A stretch of 64,000 nt of DNA from positions 2,232,001 through 2,296,000 of the forward strand of contig CDRNST010000057.1 in the NCBI GenBank assembly GCA_977016875.1, read 5' to 3'. Positions within the stretch are counted from its first letter, which is position 1, and each line of letters begins with the position of its first letter. Shown piece after piece: positions 24,583 through 37,666 of the stretch. The notes beneath the pieces were generated by a model. It saw nothing but the letters and a program-made list of their open reading frames with translations, was not told where the DNA came from and did not search any database. Origin of the DNA: Pavona decussata (Eukaryota). The translations under genes were made by a program, and so were the position numbers.

Positions 24583-27500
24583 ATGTACGGTTATGTCAAA
24601 AGGTTTGCTACTTGTGCCGCACAACTGTCTAGGAAGACACTCTCATGGAAAGCAAAAGGTAAATTTTTAAAAATGACATTCGGGCTTTGTTCCCTTTAGC
24701 CTTCCTCGCGGACGCTCTTTTGGCGCGCGACGAGCCCAAAAGAGCGCAGTACGAGAGAGGCAGCTACCGATCAGTTTGAAACTTCAACATTAATACTACC
24801 TACCCCCGGACACTAGTGCTTTTGGCTTGTAAAAATCGCCACCCCAGGTTGAAGTTTTAAATTGATTGTCACGTAAAACATTTGGAATCCATTTTTCACG
24901 CATGCTATTAAACCTATAGAGCCACGTTATGGTCCATAAAAGGCATGGTTTTAATTTTGAGCCATTTTCATCAGAAATACCCGAGTTTGTAGGGTTCAAA
25001 GAGCTGTCAGGGGCCGTCCAGACTTCCCAAAAGAGGGGATTGTCAGTCAGCATGAACTTTCATTTGTGGGGTCAGGGGTCCAAAACACACCGGAAATTGG
25101 TGAAAAGAAGGTTTGTAAAGGGGGAAATCTGGTAATTGTAACTCCTGATAGTAATTAGGGTTGCCCCCTACCTTCTCCCACCCTGTGCAATTCCCAGGGG
25201 GAGATACTCGGGTATTTTTTTTTTTTTTTTTTTTTTTTAACAGCTTTATTGACCATCACACATGTTAAATACAATAAATTAAACAACTAGAAAGAAATGA
25301 AAAATACGTGAAAAGTGATAAGGTCAAAAGGGCAGGTGCGAACGGGACGCGAGGACCCATGCGAGGCACCTCCTTACGTGACTGGGGGTCCGACGTATTT
25401 TTTGGGTCTAAAATTTTCAACTCCTGTATTTTTTGGGTTTGAATTTTGCCAGGCTTATAGTTCTTACACAATTCAAGCCAAAGTTCCCGCAAGATCCAAA
25501 AGCATGATTCAAATAATCTGCATGTAGTTCCAGTCTTGCATTTTTTAGGGCTCCGTCACCCCCTTCCCCCCCCCCCCCCGTCACATTTATACCCGAGTAC
25601 CCCCTGGGGTGCAATTTTGGTCTGGAAAGGGTAAGTGATTTTGAAGGAAACCTTTCCACTCTTGAAATAAAGTAACGTCAAATTGTTGAAAATACAAATA
25701 TTAAGGAAACCCCGGTGAATTCACCGATTTTTCTTTTCGTCCTTAACCCTACTTGGGAGCCTAAATTTTTGGTTTCAAATTTCCTGAGGGGCGCTATGTT
25801 GGATATTTTTCATGGCGTAATATATTGCTCAATTCTTTCAGCAACCATATGACATACAAAAAGTATAAATCCAAAATGGCAGTGTGCAGGGGTTTTTTGT
25901 AATAATTTGAAAACTTGCAACAATCATATCTAAGTTTTAGCACACTTGAATGTTATTTCTACTTTTCAAATGAAAATTTAAAATTTCAACGATATTTCCA
26001 ATTATTTAATGTCAATTTGTGGCTAGACTTCTAATATCCCTCACACACACAATAGCAGCCACAAAATAAGAAAAACTTACTAATATTACTTTTTTGGATT
26101 CAATCTCAACTAGCATTGAGAAAAAAATGCTTCAACTCAGTACGGTCAGCTTCATCATTTTCTTCAACCCATGATTACATCATTGTGGGAGCAGGATCAG
26201 CCGGATGTGTTCTGGCAAACCGCCTGTCAGCCAATCCAAATTCAAGAGTGCTTCTTCTTGAGGCTGGACCAAATGACAACACTTGGAAAATCCACATGCC
26301 AGCAGCTATGTCATACAACTTAGAAAATGACAACTACAACTGGTTCTATACAACAGAACCTCAGGAAAACTTGAAAAACAGGTTAAACTGGCTTTTTTTT
26401 CGTGCATTTCTAGTTATTTAGCATCCCCAAAACTGATGCACATCTCTGATTAAATTAAACAACTGCAAAGAATGTGCCTTACCATTCTCTTATGTGACAA
26501 CTATTTTTCACAACCTCTTAATATAAGTCAACCTTATTTGCAGGGTCTTTCTTTGTAATGCTGGGAACAAGTGAAGAGAGACAGGAAATGAGAGCTAGGG
26601 GAGAGTTGGGGCGGGGGGTGGGGGATGGAGGGCAAAGGGTAAAACAGCAAAATAATATCTTACAATTATTATAAAATTTTACATGACAAGAAGAAAGTGG
26701 TGTGTTAGCCAGCAAGAAATTCTGAGCTTGGAGGCATAGAAGGTTGGACACTCATATGCATTGTGCATCAATGTATCAAATGAGAGGGTCCCCAGCTTAT
26801 TTTCAAGACAAAGACACGAAGGGCTGAAAAGTTTTTAAATTCTACCTGAATATTTTCACATTGAATCTGTGGGCTCAACAATCACCATACACCCTGTCAG
26901 CTAGATAAAAAAGAAACAGTGCCAGACCTGCAAAGTCCTAAATTATCCTTGCTGCCTTCCAATACAGCCTGCCGTGACCATTTAACATTCCAGTGTCTGA
27001 TTTAGACTTGTGAAAAAAGAACATTACCATCTAAATGAAAAGGAAGGGCAGAGCTAGAGGGATAAGGTCTTAAATTAAGAATATATATTTGTGAATGTGT
27101 TTTGGTTTGAGCCTCCTCTCCTCTTTATACTTGTGTTTCAAACTCAGGTTACCCTTCCTCCCTTCGCAATTTCCAGTGCTTTTTCTTGGGCTGGGTAAAT
27201 TTTCTAAAAAGCATGCAATATTATGTTTTTGATCCACTTTTAAGATAAAGGTGGGGGGAGGGGGAGCAGAGTACCCTGGGTCTATGCCTGGACTCCCTTC
27301 CCTCCCCGCCAACCTAAGTTAAGACCTTAAACGTTTTGATCTACAAAGTTATTAAGGTTAGAAAATCCTCATGGGATAAATTATTTAAATGATATAGCCT
27401 GTGAAAAGGCTCCCAAGTGGAGTATAAAGCAAAGAGAAAAATCTAGCTTGGTCCAGACCATGCTCATCTCGTTTCACTCGCCAGTTTTTCTCTTCCCGTA

Positions 27501-30500
27501 TGCCCCACTGTTGGAGCCTGTTCACAGGCTAAAATAATATTGCCTCCATTTCAGAACTATGTACCACCCGAGAGGTCGAGTGCTAGGTGGTTCCTCATCC
27601 ATAAATGCAATGATCTATGTTCGAGGACACGCCTTGGACTATGACAGATGGGAAAAAGAAGGAGCTTCTGGATGGTCATATGCAGACTGTCTGCCATACT
27701 TTAAGAAATCTGAGACTTTTGAACTTGGTAAGTTTGTTTTGCAATGCATTTTGTCTGCCTTGGTAAATCTACACTGGTGTCAAGAAATGAGAATCATTTG
27801 AACTTGGAATCTCTTTGGTGAAAATGCTGACTTCCTGTCCCTTAGCAATCAGGCACGTGAACTTGGTATGCCTGTGGCCTTATGAAAACTATCAGTACCT
27901 TTCTTCACATAATCTGGGTAACCCTGTTGTCTTGCCTCAATCTGGTGTTTCTGTGGTCTTATGCAAACTGCCGGAAATTAATGTTATACAAACTACTTAT
28001 GTCTGTAGACCAACTATACTGTAAAGCGTGGCTTACTGGGTGAAACCAAAAACCAATAAGATTGGTCATAGTGTTTTTGCAACAGCCATATTGGAGGAGC
28101 GAAACAATAGAATGATTTTTTCTTTGGGAAATATAGTTATTTTTATGCAAATATTTTTTTTGTTTTGTATCTCTAACATGGCCATCGTAAAAATACTCTA
28201 TCGTGTGGTCTTATGAAAAAACGAAGAAGCCTGGTAAATGAACGTGTGATCCTCAGCAAGCAGCCCACTGGCTTATGGTTGGTTATAGCCACTGTAAAGA
28301 GATGCAAAGGCTGACTTTTCACGCGCCAGTCCCTTTTCTATCTCTTTCAGGGTTGGCTAATTTAGCTTATCAACTTTGTTGAACAAACCAACCATTCCTT
28401 TTTTCCCCCACCGACGCGGTACCACAGTTTGTTTATAAATACAACCCTGGCACCCAACAACTTAGTTATACCAAATTCATTAGTTTTCTGACGAGGGATT
28501 CGTGCAGAATGTCCAGCTTGTTTAATCTGGGGTCAAAGGCAAAATTAAGGACCTTACAATTAGTAGGTCTGGCGGTTGGCCCAGAAGAAAAGGATCTGAT
28601 TATGCGTAGTTTTAGCTAAGTGGAGTGCCACGTAAAATAAAGTTCCAAGTTCCAAGTGTCCGTTGGGTTTTGTCAGTACGTTTATCATCCCAATATCTGC
28701 GCGGTCCGAAAGCGAAAAACGCACCAAATGCCAACGGAAAGGCTTGTTACGCAGGCTCTCAGCCTCGCTCGTTTAACCAATCCGATGGCAGAATTCAGTT
28801 TGTATGGAATGCGCGCCGACTGATGTTGAACACCAAATGGGCGCGTGGAGAAATGCCGGTCTGTGGTACCCAGAACACATCGACTGTTGTCGCTGTTGTC
28901 TCGTTTCCTCCAGCTTTAACAATCGCACTTGCAGTGACTCCAGTGCAGTGACTCTTTCAAAATATCAACACTTGCTTCTCTCCTCAGGTGCCAGCCAATA
29001 TAGAGGCGGAAATGGCCCACTGCACGTGTCACGTAGTTCGTCTTCGCACCCTCTGCATCAGGCCTTTTTGGCCGCTGGGGTTGAAGCTGGTTATCCCTTC
29101 ACTGAAGACATGAACGGTTATCAACAGGAAGGAGTTGGCCGGCTGGACTGCACAATACATAACGGGAAAAGATGCAGTGCGGCCAGGGCTTATCTCAAAC
29201 CTGCATTTCAACGAGAAAGCTTAACCATTGAAACAAGGGCATTGGTAAACAGAGTGCTGTTTGAAAACAAGAAAGCGGTCGGCGTAGAGTATCGCATTGG
29301 AAACGCAACAAAATGCGTGAGAGCGTCTAAAGAAGTCATTATTTGCGGTGGTGTGATAAATTCTCCTCAACTGCTGATGTTGTCTGGAGTTGGAGATGCC
29401 CATGAGCTGAACAGATTGGATATACCTACAGTGGCTAACTTACCCGGAGTAGGAAAAAATCTACAAGATCATTTGCAAGTCTACATTAAATATGTAAGTA
29501 TTTTTAGTAAAGAGGCGAATAATTCACATAAAAGATGCCCCTGTCGAAATGAGCTAAGCCATGAGAAAATAAGGCGGGCGGAGAGGAAAGATAGCGCGTT
29601 GATTGGCATATGTGAATTTCACTCGAGTATATTTAGATGCTGTTTAAGACGAAAGACTATTCCCCGTGACGTGATGGCGAGGCATGGTAGGGTTGACAAT
29701 TGTCGTTCAAAGTAACTGAGTCAAATTTGACTCCTCAGCGCCCTGTGAAACCTACCAGCGGAAGCACTTGCCACGCAAACTACAGTTTGAATTTCCACTC
29801 TGATCAAGGGACTGATCACCGGATCACCCACTGATGCGTGCGGACCTTTCGTTTACAAAACTTCTAAAAGTGTAGTCAGTAGAGAAATTCACATAGTAAT
29901 AGTAAAGGCTTTATTTATAGAGGGTAACACTTGGCAGTAGTAAAATCACTGAGAAATGCGTGGCCCCCATATCCCAAGCGAGGTCTAGAATGGCGCGGGG
30001 CGACACCGTCTCCGCTGTCTCCGTCCCCGTCCCCGTCCCCGTCCCCGTCCCCTGTATTTTCTCAGGGTTCATACGGGTCATTAAAAACATGGCAAATCGT
30101 AGAATTTTATCATTTCATGGAATTTAAGTTTGAGTCATGGAAACTCATGGAAAATAATGTTACGATACAGAAAGAAAGAAAGCATTCTTTTAGGTGATGA
30201 AAAAGCACGAAGATTAAGAATAAAAAAAGAAGAGGTTTCAAGAAACAGATTTATACTCAGTAGAAATAAACAGTTCAGTTCGCATTTTGACACTGTAGAA
30301 TACGAACGCTTTGTCAAGGAAAACTTTGAAAAGGTCATAAAAAGCCATGGAATGTTAAAAGCCAACTGAAGAGTACGAACCATGTTTCCCTTGGCTAAGC
30401 TCATCACCCCATTTTTTTCCTTGTTTCTACCACAGCAATGTCTCCAACCAGTGACACTCAACAGTACATTTAAACTACACAACCAGATCATGGCAGGAAT

Positions 30501-32851
30501 GAAATGGTTTCTGTTTAAGGGAGGAGTTTGTGCGTCTAACCACCTTGAGACTGGTGGATTGATCAAAAGTGACTCAAAGATCTCGCACCCGGACATACAG
30601 ATGCAGTTCTTACCCTTGTTTATCAGTGAAGCAGGAACAACACCGGCAACCCAACACGGATATCAGGTACGCGTGCGTGACTGGCAGTGCTGATCACAAC
30701 ATTGAAAGACTATTGAACTAAAGTCGTGAAGACACGAAGGGTATGGGGAGGGGGGGGGGGGGGTTGGGGAGGGGGAGTTAATTCGTGGTGGGACTGCTGC
30801 TTGCAGAATTTCTTGGGACCATTTTTCAATTAAGACTCGCTTCCATCTCTCAAACTGATATTGGGCATTCACTTAAATTTCAAACTTAAGAGGAAAAGAG
30901 GGAAAAGTAGAATAGTGTAAGCCTCGAACCTGACTCGTTATGTCTGCTTCATTCCTTCTATCGTACGTTAACCACTACACCAACGAGGACTAGCTGACGC
31001 GATTGTAATTTTTAATATATTTATGTAGAGTTACCCATCACAATAAACGAAAGCAAACCGCTTTCGAATCAGTGCTTAACCCTAAATACTGCAAAGATCG
31101 GTGCTAAGCCCCAAAATGATGTTCCTTGTCTAGCTGGAGCTCTATTCACTCAGTTCTCTGCCTAATAAATGGGCTTGTTCTTGTGTCATCAGGTCACGAC
31201 CGTCACATTCGTGAACGGTTACCAAGCGTGGTCGAAAAGTGGTCCCAAAATATATTTTTGCCTGATGCTTGTTTCGATGTTCCGCCAATTTACAGCAGTT
31301 TTCAATAAGTGTCGTAGAAAAAAAACCAAAGTAATTACTCTGACCAATCACAGCAGACGTAAGCAACACAAAGAACCAATCAGAACTCGAAGTAAATGTG
31401 TGTACAGTAACCGGCGCCAAACGCGGAAAAATGCGCGCGAGAAAGTCACGTTTTGTTTTGGTTTTGCTTCTCTTTGGCTGAGAAGCTTTGCAAGGAGAAT
31501 TGGTAGCAAACGCGAATAGCGCACTGAAGTAATCTCAAATGGATTAAGGAGTTAGTTTCTGGGATGCTGCTGTCGGTGGGGAGTAGAAATCTCCTTCACT
31601 CTAACGCAGGGCTAACGCTTGGAACGTCAGCACTCGGATCTCTTTACGGCAGTCAATTTACCTTTAGTTATTAACTCTGTTGATAAACCAAACATTTGTA
31701 GTAATCTCACCCCGCTTATTTTTCTCCCTCCCCTATCTCTGATGTGTCCGTAGTTGGCAACGATTGTGACAAATTCTGCTTTATTCTCTGACCATTTCAG
31801 CTCTGTGTTGAGATCCTGAGACCGACCAGCCGAGGTTTCATCAAGCTGAAGTCACGTGACCCACTCACGCATCCCGTCATTCAACCAAACTATTTGTCAA
31901 CCGAGAGCGATCGCCGGCTGATGAGGGCCTGTGTCCGAGTGGCGCGTCACGTGCTCAGCCAGAAGGCCTTGGAACCTTACAGAGGAAAAGAGTTGAAGCC
32001 AGGTTTGTAGTCAGCCGTTTGTAAGCGTACAAAAACGGACGGTGAAAACAGAAGTTTTTGAATTTATTTCCTTGTCAGGACTAAACGGGGCGCAACTCAC
32101 AACTGTGAAGCAAGTCAACCGACACAAGTTGGTTTCAGTATTGTTTAATTTATTATCGGCTGGACACTTAAGGCTGCGTGTTGATTTGGCAACTTGAATA
32201 ATCCAGCATTACCCTCTGAACAGGGGTTTAACGCCCGGGGTTACCTACAATCCATGTACTGACTTCCGAGGCAGCTCAAAACTCGGTGTAGGTCACGGTT
32301 TTCAATTCCAATTTGATCTGGCTAGTGTCCTCAATTAGTGCTCTGCGCTAAATTCATTGACACTTAAAATAAAGTGATTTAATTTTATTTTTTATTTGTC
32401 TAAATGTCGTTTAAGTAATTGGCGTTAATCTTTTTCTGCGTAAAACTAGCTGATCAGAGAGAAGGCGCAAGGGTTCTGCTGACTACTTTGTTGTATATAG
32501 TAACGGATGTTTTGTAACGGAAATGTTTATTGACGTCGTTTTCGTTTAGGTGATAACATTAAAACAGAAGAAGAAATAGACGCTTTTGTCCGAGGTTACG
32601 CCAAGACAGATTACCATCCCTGTGGTACGTGCAAGATGGGAGCCGAGGATGACCCGACGGCTGTTGTCGACAGCGATACGCGAGTCTTCGGTGTGGACAA
32701 TCTTCGGGTTGTGGATGCGTCTGTCATGCCTAGTATTGTCAGCGGTAACCTTAATGCGACCACTATCATGATTGCGGAGAAGGCAGCGGATTGCATTTTA
32801 GGTGAGGCGTGTCTGCCAAAGGAACACGTGCCAGTGTACGGTCTTTCCTAG
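24583..32851 (+). CDS. CHDH: Choline dehydrogenase-like GMC oxidoreductase, paralogue B, 585 aa; coding exons 24583-24658, 26114-26381, 27555-27727, 28988-29493, 30436-30666, 31801-32002, 32550-32851
   Basis: Same motifs ([32 protein letters not shown]). Internal exon lengths 173/506/231/202 are identical to paralogue A. Frame open over 1758 nt. N-terminus [30 protein letters not shown] is presequence-like. Confidence 0.93.
25193..25608. mobile_element. CCC..GGG-ended MITE in CHDH-B intron 1, interrupted by a poly(T) retroposon tail
   Basis: CCCAGGGGGAGATACTCGGGTAT ... ATACCCGAGTACCCCCTGGG. T-run at 25215-25238. Confidence 0.55.
30006..30052. repeat. (CCGTCC)n microsatellite
   Basis: Tandem hexamer; source of the SPSPSP in ORF 29931. 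Confidence 0.9.
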
Positions 32852-34004
32852 CTTGTGAACACTTTCGGCAGTCTGGACTTCAAAAGTTTATAACAAACAT
32901 CGTAAGTCTTCTCAAAATCAGAGTTGCCAAACGCCGATGTTACACTTTTTTTGTGACCTCTCAGTGACTTATAACTGCCCACTCGCCAATAGCTTACTTT
33001 TAGTCGACATTTTGTGAATTGGTGCGGAGCAAGCCAGTCCACTTACCTTACGTCCTTAAAGCTGCTGAGTTCAAAAACCAAAAGAACTTGATATTTTCCC
33101 TTGAACGAGGCTAGTAGGGCTAATTTGTATGCAGACAAAAGAATATGAAAATATCAGCTATTTTGTATAAGGTCTACGACGTGGGAATACAAGAAACAAC
33201 ATTTTTACTCAGAGTCTGCCGGGATGCAAGCCTTCTTGTTACCGTCGGCAGTAGACAATGTTTAGATATGATTGTTGGCAAAATTGAAAACGGCTTTATA
33301 GAACGTGGTTTTGTTAAACACCGTCTAAACTGTCTTTTAATAACTGACCCATTGTTTTTGCTCATTAAACCTATTGTCCTGTGGCGTTGTCGTTGTCGTT
33401 GCCGTCGTCGTTGCTTAAGCTCCCTAATAATACATGAAGAACGAGCCGGCATTGCTGTATTTGATTTCGTTGTTCACATATCAGGATATGCTCCCAAAGG
33501 ACTCTTCTTACAAACGCTGCAAGAACAAAATTGTGTTTTATTACCGGAAACTGAATAAACCTGTTAAATTAACTTCCAAAGAACTAATTCAAAATTATAT
33601 AATAAAGAGCACGGCGTTATGCATACCACCATACAGACTTATGGAGTGTATGCACGTGTCGTCATCGCCACCATGTTGGTGTACCGTCAACAAAAGAGGT
33701 CTCATTAGCTGGGTTTGTTATGTATTTAGTTTAGTTTAAACATACCTACCCGCCTCGACTAGCTTCAGCTATTTGCGGGTAGGTATATAAACACCTTGTA
33801 ACTGTGTATTTTTTAATAAAGTGTTAAGTGTTGTTAAAGTGTAAACCAACATGGTCACCACGCCATTGTCATTGGAAGCCCTTGGGATTGGTTGTATGCC
33901 GCTCTATTTGTCCCACCCGGGTTGTGAACTGCACATCTTTGGTGTCGCACAACAGCGTCCATCGAGGAAGGCTGTCCCGTCACAAGTCATTGAAGAAACA
34001 AAAA

Positions 34005-36181
34005 GACCTACGATACAGCCTTAAGCGATCACCTGTTGATATATGGTTTGATGAAGGAGACAGTTAAGCGCTATCAGAATAAAATTATAACTTCCAGGAA
34101 CTATAAGAATTGTGATAGGGAAGTGTATGCAAATAAGCTAGCCGCAGCTCCATGGAACGTCGGAGATCTGTTTGATGACGTAGACGACCAAGTATATTCT
34201 TGGAAAACACTGATGAAGGATATAGTGGATGAATGCTTTCCCCTGAAAAAGATGCGAGTGAGATCCGTGGATGTCCCTTACATGACAACATCGTGGAAAA
34301 GTGCTATGAGGGCAAAAAGAAGAGCCACTTCAAATTATTACAAAGATAAATCTGCACACAACTGGGAGGTTAAACAAAGGTGTCGCAATGAAGCAACGAG
34401 ACAACGAAGGATTGCAATTAAACAATACTGGAAAAAGAAAGCTGAAGATCTAAAGAGAAATTCAAAAGAATTTTTCAAAACCTTTAAACCGTTTTTGGGA
34501 TCGAAGACTTGCACTAACAAACAAGCAGAAATTAACCTCAAAGTTAACGGTACTGTGGTAAGTGATCAAGCAAGAGTTGCCGAGACTCTAGCACGTCACT
34601 TTGCCACCCTTGCTGACAGTATTGGCGGAGACAGAGCTCAGCAATCAGAGAAACAACTCTGCAACCATCCAAGTCTAGCGCGGATTAGATCTCACTGTGA
34701 AAATAAACAAGCAATAACTATTGAGTCTACCAACGCAACAGAAGTACTGTGTGCACTTGAATCGCTTAAAACAAATAAGGCAACGGGACACGATGATATC
34801 CCGGCTTAAGTACTGAATCTGGGAGCAAAGGAACTAGCCATACCCCTCACTAAGCTATACAACTCTTGCATCTCCAGTGGAAAGTGGCTAAGTGAATGGA
34901 AAAGGGGAGAGTGGATACCCGCCTTCAAGAAAGACGATCCACTCGACAAAGAGAACTACGGACCGGTTACAGTCCTTTCTGCTGTGGACAAAGTCTTTGA
35001 GCAGCTGATTAGCAAACAAATCACTGCTCAATTCGAAAGCCGCCTATCAGATTCCATTACCGCCTACCGCAAATCTCATGGCTGTGAGACAACCCTTGTC
35101 TCACTGGTGGAGCAATGGAAACTTGCAAGGGACGGAGCTACTATCTACGGATATGTCAAAGGCATTTGACTCACTTCACCCACCACTCATGCTTAACAAA
35201 TTAAGAGCCTATGGTTTTGCGGAAAACACCGTAAATCTTCTACGCTCTTATCTCTCCAACCGACAAAACAGAATTAGACTGGGATCACTAGCAAGTTCTT
35301 GGCAAGTGGTAAACAGAGGATGCCCACAAGGATCTGCGTTAGGACCACTTCTTTGGAACATCTTCCAGAACGACCTGGCCTATGAAATTAATTTGAACCT
35401 TTCTATGTATGCAGATGACCATCAGATTTACGAAGCAAGAGAGGATCTCGCAAACGTAAAGTCATCACTTAGCAGGAATGCAGAAAAAGCATCTAATTGG
35501 TATGAAGACAACATGCTAAAGGGTAACTATAGTAAATATAGAACCATGACAATGCAGAACAAAAGAGAGATAACAACTCCGACCATGAGTATTCAAGGCA
35601 GCGAAATCGAGTCGACAGAGAAGTTGAATCTTTTAGGAGTGACGATAGATAGTAAACTGAACTTTAACCATCATATTAACAACGTGTGTAAAAAAGCAAG
35701 CCAAAGGATTGGGGTCCTTATGAGACTGAAAAACCTGATACCAACAGAAGCCAAGCTGCAGCTATATACTGAAAGCTGCTATCTTACCATACCTTACTTA
35801 TTGCCACCTCACCTGGCACTTCTGCAAGGCAAGCGATAGGAGAAAGCTTGAACGCATACAAGAAAGAGGACTCAGGGCAGTTTTTAAGGACAAACATTCT
35901 AGCTACGAGAAACTACTGGCAAAAGCAGACATACCATCGTTATACAACAGACAATTGCAGTTATTGCAGGACATTGCCATCTTCATCTATAAGATTAAGC
36001 ATGAATTACTGCCACAGAGACTTTGTAATCTTTTCCAATTAGACAGTGGTTCGTATTACTTAAGGAAGCGAGAATTTGTTCAACCTCGATTCTCTTCGGT
36101 GAAATATGGAAAACACTCACTTCGTTACCTAGGGCCTAAACTGTGGAATGATCTCACTCCTAGAATAAGATATCAACCCTC

Positions 36182-36248
<67 letters not shown>

Positions 36249-37021
36249 TTCACCACGACATACAAACATAGAAAGTTACAATGAATAATAGACTAGGATT
36301 ACAAGTACATAAGTTTAGAGTAAATAATAATAGTAAAAGAAGTAAGAAGTGGCGAGGAGACCTCAAGAAACCCCCGGGCTTATACTGAGAGGTCTCCTCG
36401 GAGATATGTTGGGACTTTAAGACCAGTAAAGACATTGTATTGAGATTTTTTAACATACGGTGGTGGTAAGACTATAAAGACATAACAGACTCGGACGTTT
36501 CATGCAATTAACTGAGGAAATCAAGAAGCTTTCTTTTGAAGGTGGATAGACTAGGGGAAGACGTAACTGATAATGGCAAAGCATTCCATATTTTTGGCCC
36601 TCTATAGAGTATAGTAAATTGCTTGATATTAGTTCGGCAGGTGTGAGGTCGAAAATGAGCTGAGGTTCTAGTATCATAATTATGAATTTGACCACCAGTC
36701 GGAAATAAATTTAGAAAGGGCGAAGGCAGCAAACGTTGGTGATAGCAATATAAAAGAGTCATACGTAATCAGGACCTTACTGCCCTAGCAGCAAATGTCA
36801 GTAACTGTCGAGGCTGCAACCTATGCCGAGAATGACTAGGGTTTACATGATTTTTTGCGATTGATGTATGAAAGTTTATTAATATGGTTTACGATGTAAA
36901 CGTTAATTCATTTTTTAGAATTTTCTAGAATTTAGTTAGGTGTCCACTATTAGTAGAGGGGACTTCTCCCCTCAGCTACATTTCTTGACACGTTAATAAA
37001 GTTATTATTATTATTATTATG

Positions 37022-37060
<39 letters not shown>
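34005..37060 (+). mobile_element. 5'-truncated, degenerate non-LTR retrotransposon (end of APE endonuclease plus RT; CR1/L2 group), interrupted by a second LINE
   Basis: SDH endonuclease end at ~34024. KATGHDDIP, DMSKAFDS, GCPQGSALGPLLWNIF, YADD. In-frame stop at 34807-34809 and frameshifts. The C-terminal CxxCxxC segment, AATAAA and (TTA)n tail resume at 36763-37060. Confidence 0.92.
36182..36762 (-). mobile_element. 3' fragment of an L2/Crack-like LINE inserted antisense into the first LINE
   Basis: ORF 36508-36762 HNYDTR...YRGPKIWNALP...STFKRKL. (TAAA)n tail at 36182-36250. Confidence 0.88.
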
Positions 37061-37068
37061 GTCAATAA

Positions 37069-37253
37069 TAGACTGCAAAACAGTCTCCTTTTTTTGTGAA
37101 TGCGCGAATTCTCGCGCGCAAAGCGCGAGCCTACCACGTCCACAGGGCTCTCTCCCCAGTCTCACTCTACGTTTCCACCCTCGCTCGAGACTTTTCGCTT
37201 GACGAGACCTCGCATTTCGACCAAACGCAAAAATACGGCTGTTTTGCAGTCTA
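37069..37253. mobile_element. Short MITE
   Basis: TIR TAGACTGCAAAACAG / CTGTTTTGCAGTCTA. Confidence 0.8.
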
Positions 37254-37666
37254 CAAGGCGGCGATTTTTGATCCAGCTTAGTGCAGGTTTCATCGAGGTT
37301 TACTGTAAGTAGTTGGTCTTTTATAGAGTATAGTAGTTAGGTAAGCTGTTAAATCCAACGCAATTCTATTTCTCCTTGTATGTAGGGAAACATGTAGGCT
37401 ACGGTGATCATTTTCACGTCCACCAAGTTCTGCGGGAAAGGGATAGCCGGGTTGATTTTTATGCGAATTCGGTGTCAAATGGACTAGTTTAGGTTGAAAA
37501 CATTTATTCATGCTTGCTGTAAACTTGTGCAGTAAAATTAATCTCGGTCAAATTGTAGTGTTGACTGTTCTAACAGCTCAGTCCATAACATGTCCAAAGC
37601 CGGCCATCTGAGCCTCGTCAAACAAATGCAAGCCGTCTGCTCTCTAGTCTCCTTCGCGGCTCTCCA

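Noticed and set aside
31599-31632. Hammerhead-like motif in a CHDH-B intron (related copy at ~13575-13610)
   Set aside because: The catalytic core is mutated (CTAACGC, GGAAC), so it is not called as a ribozyme.
15014-32851. Horizontally acquired bacterial betA operon
   Set aside because: Both genes have spliceosomal introns and presequences, and CHDH is a normal animal gene.
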